This document shows, piece after piece, positions 47,701 through 58,779 of a stretch of 63,481 nt of DNA (its first letter is position 1; each line of letters begins with the position of its first letter). A program made the position numbers and the translations under genes. Location of the stretch: positions 1 to 63,481 of the forward strand of contig JALAGF010006663.1 in the NCBI GenBank assembly GCA_030167865.1, given 5' to 3'. The notes below the pieces were generated by a model, which was not told the DNA's origin, did not search any database, and saw nothing but the letters and a program-made list of their open reading frames with translations. Source of the stretch: Craspedostauros australis (lineage: Eukaryota).

Positions 47701-48516
47701 CGCACAACACCAACAGGCAGAGAGACAAACGGAGACAACGGAGACAACAAAGATAAGAACGAACCCGCTGATCCTACAAGAGAGGCAGAGAGAGAGAGAG
47801 AGAGAGAGAAGAGGAGGAGTGATAGCAACAACAGCAACAGCCGCAACAACATTGGAAGTGTGTGGTGTGGCACACGCTTCAAGTTACGAGCACTATACGA
47901 TCTAGCACTGGCAGGAGTATCACGAACGAAAGAACCCAACAGAAGGACGAAACGAAGAGGCGAGAACAACAAGCGCATCTCGGTTTTATCTCTGGGTCGC
48001 CAAACGGCAGGGGCTGATACCGTCGACAGCATCGCATCGGTGAGATCTACGGAGCAGAGTAGTTCCAACAGACACAGACCAGCACGAGTCGGTGTTGACA
48101 CCGCTACCACCGGCAACTCCGCCAAAAGCAATTGCAGCCAATCCAGTGTTGACAAGACACAACATACAACATACAACAGATACAAACAAGAGAGAGTATT
48201 CCGTTTCAACCCATCACGTCCAACATCTTGCGTTCCAAACAACACATCACATCACACTAACGTACAGCGTGAAGGTGAAGCTGAAAGCTTCGATTCCACG
48301 ATCAAACCAGGCATCAGGTCTTCCCGGTTGTCGGCATTCAGTCATCCCCCTCAGCTTTCGCACCAGCTGCAACACCAGTTGTCGCCACAATCATTGCATA
48401 GCCACCACAGCAGCAACCACAGCAACAGCCACCAGCTCAACTACCCATCGCTTACAGCTCATAGCTCACATACCTCACATAGGTCACAAGAGCAACAGAA
48501 GCCAACAGAAGCCAAC

Positions 48517-51500
48517 ATGAAGCGGCTGTTCAGACGACCATCGTCGAAGAAGGACCTCAATGGCGGCAGCGGCCAAGCTCCAAGGCGGACGAGCTCCTTC
48601 TTCTCCTCGTTCCGCAAGCACAAGGGCGAGAAGAAGCAGCCGCTCGGACCAGAGCTGGCAGGTGCATCCTCCTTCACTTCCGATTCCTTCCTTCTCAAGC
48701 CGTCGTCCACCTCCACGGCCATGTCCACCACATCGGCGGCATCCAGCGCTCTTTTCTCTGCTCATGACCGGTCTCTTCATGATCAGCAGACCAGCCAGCA
48801 GCCCAACCCAGTCGCTCCTCGCTCCAAATCTTCCCATCATGCCAATGCCAACAACAACAACAACAACAACAACATCGATGATGAGCCCAGGGACAACCAC
48901 AACTCCGTCAAAGAGATCCTGCTGCCGCTCAGGGGACAGCCATCTGCATCTACATCGACGTCCACGTCCATGTCCATGTCCTCACGGTATCAGTCTCCGC
49001 AGCACGCAACCGATGATCTATCAGCATCCTCCGCGAACGACAGCTTCCACTTCGATGCCATGACCGCCTGCTCTTCCATCGCCGACGCTGAACAGGAGGG
49101 ATGGGCGACGCTGTCGCTGGAGGACATCGCCGCCAATCCTCCCTCGCGCCACTACCGCGATCCGACCACCGGTGATATGATCGAGGTGTCCGAGGACGAC
49201 TACTATCGGCATTGCCACGGCGTCGAGCCTTCCAGGCCTGCCGCACCATCGTCATCGTCATCATCACGCCAGGACGGCAGCAGCCACAGCACCTACAGCG
49301 CCTCCCGCAAGCCCATGATGGACTCGATCCACACCACCATGAGCGCAAGCAGTCTGTCATCGCATCACAGCAAGACCAAGAGCCGCAGCAGGAGCCGACG
49401 CAACCTCCCCAACGTCCGATCCACCAAATCGCCAAGGGCTGGCCGCAATCGTTCCTTCGGTCGACACAGCAGCGACCACGTCTCGTCGCACAATGATCTC
49501 ATCGGATCGCCCGCTCTCTCGTCGGCCTCCTACCACCCCGGGACGCAACGAGAACGATGCAGGCCTCGTCCCAAGCGCGGTAACAGCAACTCCCCACGAC
49601 GGACTATGCGTCGCAGGGTCAGGTCGTTGGAAGCCACCCAACTTCCCCTCGGTGTCCATCGTTCCGTTCCTTCCTTGCCACCGCTGCAGTCCTTGCAACC
49701 GATCGACGATGCCGCGACGAAGGATCCCCTATCGACCACGCTCCACGCTGCGCTCGACGAAGGCAACCGAAAGCAGGCACCCGCTTCTGCGACGTCCACC
49801 AATGCCATGATGGATATGCAGCAGTTGATGGACCTACGATCGCACTGCCAAGCGATGAAGCTGCCAAAGTCCAGATCGGTCGTGGCGCTGTCATCCTCCA
49901 GGCTCGCATCGGCGTCAGCATCGCTCTTGGCACAGAACAACCACAGAGCCGGCAGCATGATGTCGATGCGTCCTCGGTCAGCTTCATCATTCTCTTCATC
50001 CTTCCACAACGCCGTTCACAGAAGCGCAAGCAGGAACAGTAACAACGCTGCTTTCACTGCTGCCGCCGCTTCACCGTCCACAGCAAACGCTCAATGGTCG
50101 ACCGCCAACCTCGCCAACTTCGCCGCCGGACAGAAAAACACATCATCATTCTCCAATGCGTTGCTGCGACAAGCCAAACCGGCTGCGAACGGCATGAGCA
50201 GCGGCCTGCTCCAGCCACGCATGCGCAACGACGCGCGCAACCTTGTCCCATCACTGCCTCTGTCTCAGCAGCATGGAGCCTCCCTGTTGAGATCAAACTT
50301 TTCCGAGCCTCTCGCGGATGAACAACCGATGCTTTCTTTGCATGACCTCAAGTCCACGCCGCTCATGATGCCAAAGCCACCGCTAGTCAGCAACGACCAA
50401 CTTCCACGGCCGCATGCAACCCCACGCGTCGCGTCAGCATCGATTATGGACGAAGAACCGATGTTGAATTTGGATCAGCTCCTCACGGGATCGGCCTCTG
50501 CTATTCCAACAAAGTCCAACCACAGCCCCGCGGACGAGCTTCCAATGATGCTGTCGCCGAGACTGCCAAGCAAGCAATTGACGAAGGCATCCTTCTTCAC
50601 CGGCACCACAGTCAGCTCCACTGGAGATCTGCGCAGCATCGTCAACGGAGACAGCCTCAGAGGCAGCGCGCAACGACCGAATGCCCCGCGCATTGACATG
50701 CAGACATTGCTGGCAGGGAACCGCAAGAAGAAAAAAACGCTGCAGCAGCAACACCGACCACTATCCCGTTCGCTGCATTCAAAGCCAACCAGCTCGCCAT
50801 CACTGTCGGCGATCAACCAGCCAAGCAAATCGCCACCGTTGCGCAGAGGCAAGGCTTCGTCCTCCATGGTAGATTTGGATGATCTGTTGAATCAGCGATT
50901 CAGAAGCAGCGCCCATTCTCCGCGTCAACGCAATGGTCGCTCTTACCATTCCTCCGGCTCGTTGAGCACCGTCAGTTCTTCCCATCATCACAGCAAGCCC
51001 ACCCGCCGCATGCTCTCAACAATGCCAGAAGCAGCAGCTGACAGGAATCGATCGTTGGCGGGATCGAAGCCAACTCCCCGGTCGCACAACGCGCTGTCAA
51101 GTGGAGACCCAGGATTGATGTCCGTGATTTCACCAACCAGATCTCGCAACCAATCCAAGGCGTCCTTGTCATCCATCCACGAGGGCAGAGCCATGAAGAA
51201 CAACGCCTCACGCAAGAATGCTGGGAGGAACGGGATGCGATCAGACACCAAGTCCAATCAAATGCGACGCAACAGATCCCAGAACCACATCCCACGCAGT
51301 CCCAAGAAGATGACGCAAGGCGTCCGGCGCATCCAATCCTTCATGCACCACAGCCCGACGAGGTCTGGCAACGGCAGGAGCCACGCCAACAAGAACGAAT
51401 CCTGGTCAGACGCCCGCGGCATCAAGACGACCAAATTCAACTTCAAACCAAACAGGAGTCTGCCAATCGACCCCGACACGCAAACTGCCGACGTCGTCGA

Positions 51501-52293
51501 CCAAGCCATTGGCGTGGCAACATCCACGCACTCACTCCACACTTCTCCTCCAGCAGATTCGCAACCACCACGCCCTGTCACGGAACCCAAGATGGAATCG
51601 GCGGCATTTGACGACATTGGGGAGCTGTTCGAGCGCATGATGGTCAACGATGGGCAGAACCCGGCTCCGCAACGGTCCGACCTGCCTTCACCCGGCACCA
51701 CCTCAATGAAGTCATCCAACAAGCCCGCCGTCTACCCAACCTCCGATACCTCCAGCATGCAGGATACCACGGACGACGGGTCCTTCACATCCGTATCTGC
51801 CCGCAACGCACCCCCCAACAAGCAATCGCGTCCTGTGAGTGGCAACTCGCAATTACCGCTCTCACCATGCCCGACATCTTCGCACAGCAAGAACGGAACC
51901 AAGCATAGCACCAAGCAGAAGAAGAAAAAGACTCGACAGCAGAAGAAGAAGAAGAACAAACAGCAACATCGCGAGGACCCCAGCTCCAGCCTCCACAGCA
52001 AGTCCAGCCGCAGGCGCCAGAGACGGTACAGCAGCAGCGACAGCAGCAGTGGCCACAACAGCAGAAGCCGGCGGGGTGCCTCGCCATCCGCGGAAGATGA
52101 TGACATCAACCAGGTGTTCTTCTTCCGGCGCAACCGAAAAACTGTCACGCCACCGCTGCTGAATGCATTGCAACGGCAGGATTCCATGCAGCGCAAATCC
52201 AATCTCATCAACAGCGTCAATGAGGTCTTGGACATGCTGGATAGCGCCGAGAAGGGAAAAGCAGCATCGATGCGGGCACAGAGCAGCCATTGA
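48517..52293 (+). CDS. Long Ser/Arg-rich intrinsically disordered protein (~1258 aa from MKRLFRRP), unknown function
   Basis: >3.7 kb open frame; ATG 48517 in gccaacATG context; basic NLS-like runs (KQKKKKTRQQKKKK); shares ESAAFDDIGELFE with 4618-8690. Confidence 0.8.
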   Translation: MKRLFRRPSSKKDLNGGSGQAPRRTSSFFSSFRKHKGEKKQPLGPELAGASSFTSDSFLLKPSSTSTAMSTTSAASSALFSAHDRSLHDQQTSQQPNPVAPRSKSSHHANANNNNNNNNIDDEPRDNHNSVKEILLPLRGQPSASTSTSTSMSMSSRYQSPQHATDDLSASSANDSFHFDAMTACSSIADAEQEGWATLSLEDIAANPPSRHYRDPTTGDMIEVSEDDYYRHCHGVEPSRPAAPSSSSSSRQDGSSHSTYSASRKPMMDSIHTTMSASSLSSHHSKTKSRSRSRRNLPNVRSTKSPRAGRNRSFGRHSSDHVSSHNDLIGSPALSSASYHPGTQRERCRPRPKRGNSNSPRRTMRRRVRSLEATQLPLGVHRSVPSLPPLQSLQPIDDAATKDPLSTTLHAALDEGNRKQAPASATSTNAMMDMQQLMDLRSHCQAMKLPKSRSVVALSSSRLASASASLLAQNNHRAGSMMSMRPRSASSFSSSFHNAVHRSASRNSNNAAFTAAAASPSTANAQWSTANLANFAAGQKNTSSFSNALLRQAKPAANGMSSGLLQPRMRNDARNLVPSLPLSQQHGASLLRSNFSEPLADEQPMLSLHDLKSTPLMMPKPPLVSNDQLPRPHATPRVASASIMDEEPMLNLDQLLTGSASAIPTKSNHSPADELPMMLSPRLPSKQLTKASFFTGTTVSSTGDLRSIVNGDSLRGSAQRPNAPRIDMQTLLAGNRKKKKTLQQQHRPLSRSLHSKPTSSPSLSAINQPSKSPPLRRGKASSSMVDLDDLLNQRFRSSAHSPRQRNGRSYHSSGSLSTVSSSHHHSKPTRRMLSTMPEAAADRNRSLAGSKPTPRSHNALSSGDPGLMSVISPTRSRNQSKASLSSIHEGRAMKNNASRKNAGRNGMRSDTKSNQMRRNRSQNHIPRSPKKMTQGVRRIQSFMHHSPTRSGNGRSHANKNESWSDARGIKTTKFNFKPNRSLPIDPDTQTADVVDQAIGVATSTHSLHTSPPADSQPPRPVTEPKMESAAFDDIGELFERMMVNDGQNPAPQRSDLPSPGTTSMKSSNKPAVYPTSDTSSMQDTTDDGSFTSVSARNAPPNKQSRPVSGNSQLPLSPCPTSSHSKNGTKHSTKQKKKKTRQQKKKKNKQQHREDPSSSLHSKSSRRRQRRYSSSDSSSGHNSRSRRGASPSAEDDDINQVFFFRRNRKTVTPPLLNALQRQDSMQRKSNLINSVNEVLDMLDSAEKGKAASMRAQSSH

Positions 52294-52489
52294 CATCCGG
52301 CGACAGTGGCAGAATACGGTACTCTAGTCTGAGCATGTGTCATACTTATGCTAGTACACTCAAGCACTCGCGCAGCACTTGGTGATAATCCTAGAATGCA
52401 GAATACGATACCCCGAGTATGTACTTCATCACAGAATGCGCCCTGGGTCGAATCGGTGCGGCAACAGCATTGCCTTTCATCTCGGCTCA

Positions 52490-53650
52490 TTATTTGGCTT
52501 CGGATACGGTCTGCATGTACGCCTTCAGCGCTACCTGCAGGGCAGGAATGATGGGGCCCAGCCCGATCTCGTGATCTCCAACTCGCGCGACAGGGATGAT
52601 GCCCCTCGTCGAACTGAGGACGAAGACCTCCGTCGCCGTGTCCAGCATGTCCTGGAGGCTGTACGCGCCCTCTTCGATCGTCCAGTTGCCGTACTTTTCT
52701 CGCACCATCTCGGTCAGTAACTGCTGCGTGGTGCTCTTCAGCAGACCCAGCTGAGATGACGATGGAAAGTACGTGGTGTGTGTTTGTGTTTGCGAGTCCG
52801 ATGCGGCCGCTGCCTGAGCACCGCTCAGCTTGGTCGCACTTGCCAGCCATCCCACGGCGAAGCTCGGGCCATCCAGCACGATCATCTGAGATAGATCTTG
52901 CGATAGTTCCGCGTCGGTGGAGGAAGTGTTTGCCGAATCTGCGAGCAGCAACGCATCCGTGTACCCAGCTTTCTTCGCCTTGCGGGTGCTCACGACATTG
53001 GGGCCGTAGCTTGTCACCTTGGGCACTGCGTGGTTATCGCTGCCACGCCCCTTCCCTGCCACATGCCATGGGGCGTACTGCGGCATCAGCGTGTAGGTCG
53101 ACGGCCATTTCGGCAGCGGGTACCACATGATGTAGACGTTCGGCGGTGCTGCGGCCGCCATCATTTCATTGTCGGGATCTTCGGCTCCCAGCGTGACGAT
53201 GATGCGGAGGTAGCCTTCGCCTTGGCCTCCGCCGTTGATGTTGCTGGTAGTGCCGCCGTCGGACGCGGAAGCTCCCTCTGCGGCCATCTCCATCCATTTC
53301 ATCATGGTCTGTTTGGGTGGCAGGATGTCGGCGACCCCAACGGCTTCCGCGGACGCAACCATCCGCTCCCAATGTAGCTGTGGCGTCTTGAGCACGCCAC
53401 CCGGAAGGATGCGGACGACTTCGAATACTCCCAACCCGCGTTGGAAGCTGATGTCCCACGTAGACACGGTGGGATTGCTCACGGGCTTCCCGTTGATGGA
53501 TGCGTAGTACAGCTTTGATGGCATTGCGGTGGGTATGGTGTGCTCGTACGAAGCAACGAAGTTCTGCGAGATAGCTATTGGTATGAGAAGGATAGTGGCG
53601 ATGGCAGCAGCAATGCACCGAAGCATGGACACCAGCGGGTTTATCTTCAT
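52490..53650 (-). CDS. PLP-dependent class IV aminotransferase family protein (BCAT/DAAT/ADC-lyase fold)
   Basis: RGLGVFEVVR, LHWERM, putative PLP-lysine in PKVTSYGPN, GYTDALL, LLKSTTQ, EVFVLSSTRGIIPV. Start uncertain (MKINPL at 53650, or downstream MLRC / MPSK). Confidence 0.85.
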   Translation of the reverse strand: MKINPLVSMLRCIAAAIATILLIPIAISQNFVASYEHTIPTAMPSKLYYASINGKPVSNPTVSTWDISFQRGLGVFEVVRILPGGVLKTPQLHWERMVASAEAVGVADILPPKQTMMKWMEMAAEGASASDGGTTSNINGGGQGEGYLRIIVTLGAEDPDNEMMAAAAPPNVYIMWYPLPKWPSTYTLMPQYAPWHVAGKGRGSDNHAVPKVTSYGPNVVSTRKAKKAGYTDALLLADSANTSSTDAELSQDLSQMIVLDGPSFAVGWLASATKLSGAQAAAASDSQTQTHTTYFPSSSQLGLLKSTTQQLLTEMVREKYGNWTIEEGAYSLQDMLDTATEVFVLSSTRGIIPVARVGDHEIGLGPIIPALQVALKAYMQTVSEAK

Positions 53651-54743
53651 TTGTATCTGTGCTCGTGCGAGTATGTGTCCCTCTCTGTGGCCGTGCCGAT
53701 GCTTCCCCTCGACACTGCTGACGGGTTGCGTGACCGACATCGTTGTTCTGCCATCAGTCAAAAAGAGAAGTTGGTCAAATCCGCCCACACTTCGGTCGCG
53801 AAGGATCCGAATCGTCTGTTCGTGGGTGATGGCAGCGATGCTCCGCTGCGAGGTTGGGTAGAGGTTCGTTGGTGTCGATGGTGGCGATCGAGAGAGGTCG
53901 GAAAGAGGGACGGAAGCGGTTGTGGTTGGCTGCTCAAATCTGATGGGTTCTCGTTCTTCATTTGTTCTGGTTCTCTTTGGGTTCGCATTTCGAATTGGTC
54001 GTGTTACTCGTATTTTGGAGTCACCCGGTGGTACGTTGTACGTGTATTGGCACGGGAGTCGTGAATGGTACGGTCGAGTTCCATCACGCACACTACCTAT
54101 TCTCGCCGTGCGCAGTTTGATCTCCAGCAACTAAGGTCTCTCCGGCTTGGCAAGAGCATCGACACACTTGAGGTGATAGTACGAATGTTGTACATTCTTG
54201 TATTGCATACAAAGATGCACAGTGTACATGGAATTGTATGCATTCGGATATATTTGCATGCTGTTGTGATCACCTCATTCACAAGGCACGCAAGTTGGTA
54301 GGAACAGGGCGGAAAGGATGGGAGATAAGACCTGCGCTGTTGTGTGCAAGTCTCATCTGAGGTCTGTTGTGGAGAGAGAGAGAGAGAGAGGCCCCACATG
54401 AGTTCTAAGTAGAGGATGTTGATTACGACTATGTAGGTATGATCAAAGAGTATCCCACCTACACCAGAATGTGGCAATAGTCACGATCGTGGTTTGTCGC
54501 GATGGCGTCATCGTATGTGGCAGTTGGCAGGGTGACGATCGGCACGCATGCGGGGACAGTGCATCTCACGTCGAGGCTTGGTCGACGCGGGTTCGGAAAG
54601 CAAACTTGAGTTCAAGTGTTGTCGTTGCATTGTCAGTTGCATGGTCCTGAATGCGGGTGGCAGGTATTGTGCTGTACTGCGCTGGTCTATGCTGATCCGA
54701 CAGCCGGTAGAGTGCGCAGCATCTTTCATTCCGCACAACAAGT

Positions 54744-56834
54744 CTAATCATCCTGCCTAGCGATCTGAAGGTTGACGACCCCCATGGAGACACGTCGGCT
54801 GCTCTGGGTGGGTCGCTTGCGCGGTATTCTGTCCGCCGTGCTCCTGACGTTGGGTATGATGACACGTTCGTTGTTGGTTTGGAGACCGAGCGAGATCTTC
54901 TGTGCCAGTTGCTGTTGCTTGGTGGGTTGGGAAGACGAGCCGTGCCATGTGGTTGCAGATCCATCATCCACACCGGCTGTGTTGATTTGGCTGTTGCCGT
55001 TGGCCGAAGGTCGGATGGTTCGTGAGAAGAACTTGCTCAGCAGCGACGGACGGCCGCTGCTATGAATGTTGTTGTTGCTGTTGTTGCTAAGACCAATGTT
55101 CGCGGTTGCGTTTGCTTGGACTGTGGCGGATGCGCTGGTCTGCGTGGTGAACATGCTGCAGACGGAAGAATCGTCATCATGGTGGCCTTGAAATGAAACC
55201 TGATGCGGGATGGGTGGCTGCTGGTGGGTGGCGTTGCTATCGCCCTCGCCAACATCGTTGTTGTTGTTGCTGCTGGTCACAATCATTTTGGATGCAATAG
55301 CGTCAGAAGCGACACCGCCATCACCCAAGCCACGTCGTTTGAGCGTTATTGACTTGGGTGCATTGGAAGACGGACTGATGACATCGCCACGTGCAGGAAG
55401 CGATGTTGCCACTGACTGTGGTGGCGGCGGTGGTTGAAGATACTTCATTTGTTGATGCTGTTCGAGCAAGGATTCCAGCTCGGCAATGCGCCGCGCCTGT
55501 TCGGCGTTGGTCTGTTGCAACTGGTCGCACTTGCGCTGCAGATCGGGATGACCGTCGCTTGCAGTTGACACCGACAAGGAGACGGAGGCGGCTTGCTGCT
55601 GCCAATGCTGCGCCTGCATCTGGTATTCATCCCTTTCTTCCGACACCTGCATGAGCTTGAGCTGGCGTTGCTGCAGATCTTCCGTGAGCAGATCTCGCTG
55701 TGTCTCGACGGCCTCGAGCTGCTGCGCCCATTCCTGATTGGCTCTCTGCTGCTGCCTCTGCAGCTTGGCGCACTGATCCCTCAGGATGGAGTTGGTGTCG
55801 CGCATCGTGTCGACCTCCTGCTCCAGCTCCTTCGCCCTCGATTGCGCCGCGGATAGATCAAGGCGCGGCTTGGAAAGGCTGGTCTGCAGGAAGAGATGCT
55901 GCAGATCCTGCCTGCGATCCTCGCATTGCTCCACCATCTCCTCCATGGCCTGGATGCGCTGCATCTTGCGTTGCAGCATCTCCACGCTCTGCGTGAGGAG
56001 CGTGCGCGATCTGGAATGGATCTTTCCTGGATCGCTGTCCTTTGCGTCTTCTTTCGATGCCTTCTTTGCACGTGACTGTTTAGCAGCAGCGTCTTTCTTC
56101 CTTCCGCTGCTGCTACTACTGTTGTTGGCATTGTTGGATGGTGTGGAATGTTCCTTCGCGTCCTCATCCTTCGATTTCACGCTGCAGGATGACATACATG
56201 ATGCATCTCCGTCAACACCCCCACCATCGCTGCTCTCATCATTGGCCTCCACATCTGTGTTGGCGTCTGTAGATGCGCCCTCGCTGGGCCCTTCACTACT
56301 GTCATCACCCTTCCTGTTGGACTCGCGTGACACATGCAATCGCTCTTCAAGCTCCTGCATCCGATCCAGACTCTTCTTCATGCGATGCATGATGGGATTG
56401 AGACGGACCTTGACGGTCTCCGCATGCGTGGCCTTGCGACCTTTGTGACGAGAGTAGGAAGATGGCGCAGTTGCAGGCGTGGAAGATGAAGTCTGTCCTG
56501 GAGCAGCGAAGGAAGAGGACACTGAAACGGAAGAAACGGACGTGATGCCAGTTGCGATCGATGCATTGTCATCGTCCTTGCTGAATGCTGGGCCGTCATT
56601 GTTGCTGTCATTGTGATTGTCATTGTCATTGTGATTGTTGCAGCCATTGTTGCTATCGCAATTGCTATTCATCATCATGGTGGTTGTGATGGTCGTATCC
56701 TCTTCAGATGAGCTTGTCTTTGTGTTGCTTTCACCAGTATCTGTGGATGCCGTTGTTGGCGATGGTGATTGTGCCGATGAATGCTTTGGTGTTGTGGCCG
56801 AGTCGCCCCTCCAGAATAGAATGCCTCCCCTCAT
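54744..56834 (-). CDS. Coiled-coil protein with disordered Ser/Asn-rich flanks, unknown function
   Basis: ~2.1 kb open frame from MRGGILFW; heptad-rich Q/E/L segments (e.g. SRAKELEQEVDTMRDTNSILRDQCAKLQRQQQ). Confidence 0.75.
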   Translation of the reverse strand: MRGGILFWRGDSATTPKHSSAQSPSPTTASTDTGESNTKTSSSEEDTTITTTMMMNSNCDSNNGCNNHNDNDNHNDSNNDGPAFSKDDDNASIATGITSVSSVSVSSSFAAPGQTSSSTPATAPSSYSRHKGRKATHAETVKVRLNPIMHRMKKSLDRMQELEERLHVSRESNRKGDDSSEGPSEGASTDANTDVEANDESSDGGGVDGDASCMSSCSVKSKDEDAKEHSTPSNNANNSSSSSGRKKDAAAKQSRAKKASKEDAKDSDPGKIHSRSRTLLTQSVEMLQRKMQRIQAMEEMVEQCEDRRQDLQHLFLQTSLSKPRLDLSAAQSRAKELEQEVDTMRDTNSILRDQCAKLQRQQQRANQEWAQQLEAVETQRDLLTEDLQQRQLKLMQVSEERDEYQMQAQHWQQQAASVSLSVSTASDGHPDLQRKCDQLQQTNAEQARRIAELESLLEQHQQMKYLQPPPPPQSVATSLPARGDVISPSSNAPKSITLKRRGLGDGGVASDAIASKMIVTSSNNNNDVGEGDSNATHQQPPIPHQVSFQGHHDDDSSVCSMFTTQTSASATVQANATANIGLSNNSNNNIHSSGRPSLLSKFFSRTIRPSANGNSQINTAGVDDGSATTWHGSSSQPTKQQQLAQKISLGLQTNNERVIIPNVRSTADRIPRKRPTQSSRRVSMGVVNLQIARQDD

Positions 56835-57438
56835 GTTATTGCCGCCGCTGCTGCTACTGCTACTGCTGCTACTGCTACTACTGATACTGGCACTGCGCTG
56901 ACACAACCGTTCTCTCAATCGATCAAGGCCCCCACGCCCTTCTGTGTGCCCAATCTGAATGTGAACCAATTACTCGTGCTCCGCCAGTTCAAAGAGACAC
57001 TTTTTCCCTATTCCGCCCCTGCTTCGGATCTTCACTTCCGTCAAGACACCCCCTGTCAAGACAGATGATCACAACTGGTGACACCGATGACCGTCCACCT
57101 CCCTCTCTCGCTGTGCTCTTGAACAACTAATCGGCGGCACGCGACAGGGAGGCGGCTTTCGCACCAGTTTCCTTCTTCTTGTTTAGATCGCACTTGCGCG
57201 GTCAATGACGGCGGAACCGATGATTAAGCTTGCCTGTGCAATACAGTGTTGTGACGCGTTGTGCTGTGTTGTGCGCTGGAGTTCTGATGCCCGGCTGGTC
57301 CCGCTGAGCTGCGATCAATGGACTGTCCTCCTCGTCTCCTCAGGAGGTTGCTGTCGAGAGTGAGTGAGTTATGAAGTATGGTAGAATAGTATTCTTTGCT
57401 GCGTTTCCACTGGTTGTGTCGTGTGATGCTCCTCCACG

Positions 57439-57490
57439 GTTGTTGCTCTGTTGTTGCTCTGTTGTTGCTCTATTGTTGCTCTATAGTTGC
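57439..57490. repeat. Short tandem repeat, 11-bp unit TTGTTGCTCT(G/A), ~4 copies
   Basis: Read directly: tgttgctctgttgttgctctgttgttgctctattgttgctctatagttgc. Confidence 0.8.
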
Positions 57491-58779
57491 CCAACGCTGT
57501 CACTCTCTCCGGTTGCCTCCCAAGACGATCCCAGTCGTACGTGCACTATGGATCGTATAATACCCAGAATACAATTCGTCCCCGATCTTGTCGAGGTTGT
57601 TTCGCCAACGTTTTCGTAGTTGCCTCCGACACATTTGGCGGTTCGGTTGGCGCAGTCTTTTCTTCGGTCGTTTGGATTCCATTCGAGACAACAATTTTCG
57701 GTGAGACGCATCGTCACCGCCACCAAAGACGCTCCGCAAGACCAAACTCCCAAACAGACATTGTGGGTACTCTTGGGCGATAAGATGTCGGGACGACGGG
57801 TATAGCCCATCATCTTGTTCTTTCTGGACGCCTCTGTCTCTCTTGCTTTCACGCCATGGCAGCACCCACCCACTCTCTGCAGCGCAGATAAATACTCCAG
57901 CGACAGCCTAACTTGCGTTAATCTTGCTCTGTCCTTCGTTTGCATCTGCCCCATCACAGACTTTCGTTCACGAGCTTCCATCATCAATGACCACTTGATC
58001 GTCGCAACGTCATTTTTCTTCCGAATGTGACTGTTTAGAACTAATAGTGATAGGCCCAGAAAGTATGGAATGCCTGGTGTCAATCACGGTGTCAATAATC
58101 ATCAATTGCCTTCTTCTCTGTGTCTTGTTGTTCACCCAAATGAGTCATGAACCGTTTTTGGGTCACGTACTTCACTTTATATGTCTCATGTACAGTCTGG
58201 CCGTCAATTCGGAGGCCTGTATGTTTCGAAAAACGAAATGTCTGTATCCGTTGTTTCCGTCATTGTATGTATGAATCGATCTAACACAACAACAACAACA
58301 GACAGACAGACAAGTAAACAACACAACACAAAACGCATCACGAGACAAACGTGGCAACCCGTGTCGCGTTGGGTAAACGCACTTCAACCGTCGCGATGCA
58401 TCAATCGCGCAGCTCATTTGCAATCCTTCGACTCTCTATCCCGCTTCATTCCATCCTGTATTCCCCTCTTCCCTTCGTCTATCTTTGTCGGTGTGCCTTT
58501 GACGCAAAGCCAATCCAAGTCAGTGCCAATCCACGCCATCGGAACATGCGCAAGAATGAGAGTGCGAGTGAAACAAGAGTACTGCGCAGTAATTGCAGAT
58601 GAAGTAGGTAGGCAGGTAGGTGAAAATGTACTCGTATACTCTCTCGGATTGTATCAATGGTCTTGCTGAGTATTGTGTAGTAGCGCATTATAGTATTATG
58701 TAATAGTCGTAGCTGCTTCGTTGTTTTAGTGTTGTGAATCGTTGCATCCTTCCAATGTTCCTGCTTCTTCCCCTTCCTT

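Noticed and set aside
47860..48516. 219-aa N-terminal extension given by the ORF track
   Set aside because: Starts at GTG; the region is an A/C-rich, T-poor leader that lacks stops by composition. The first ATG in frame is 48517.
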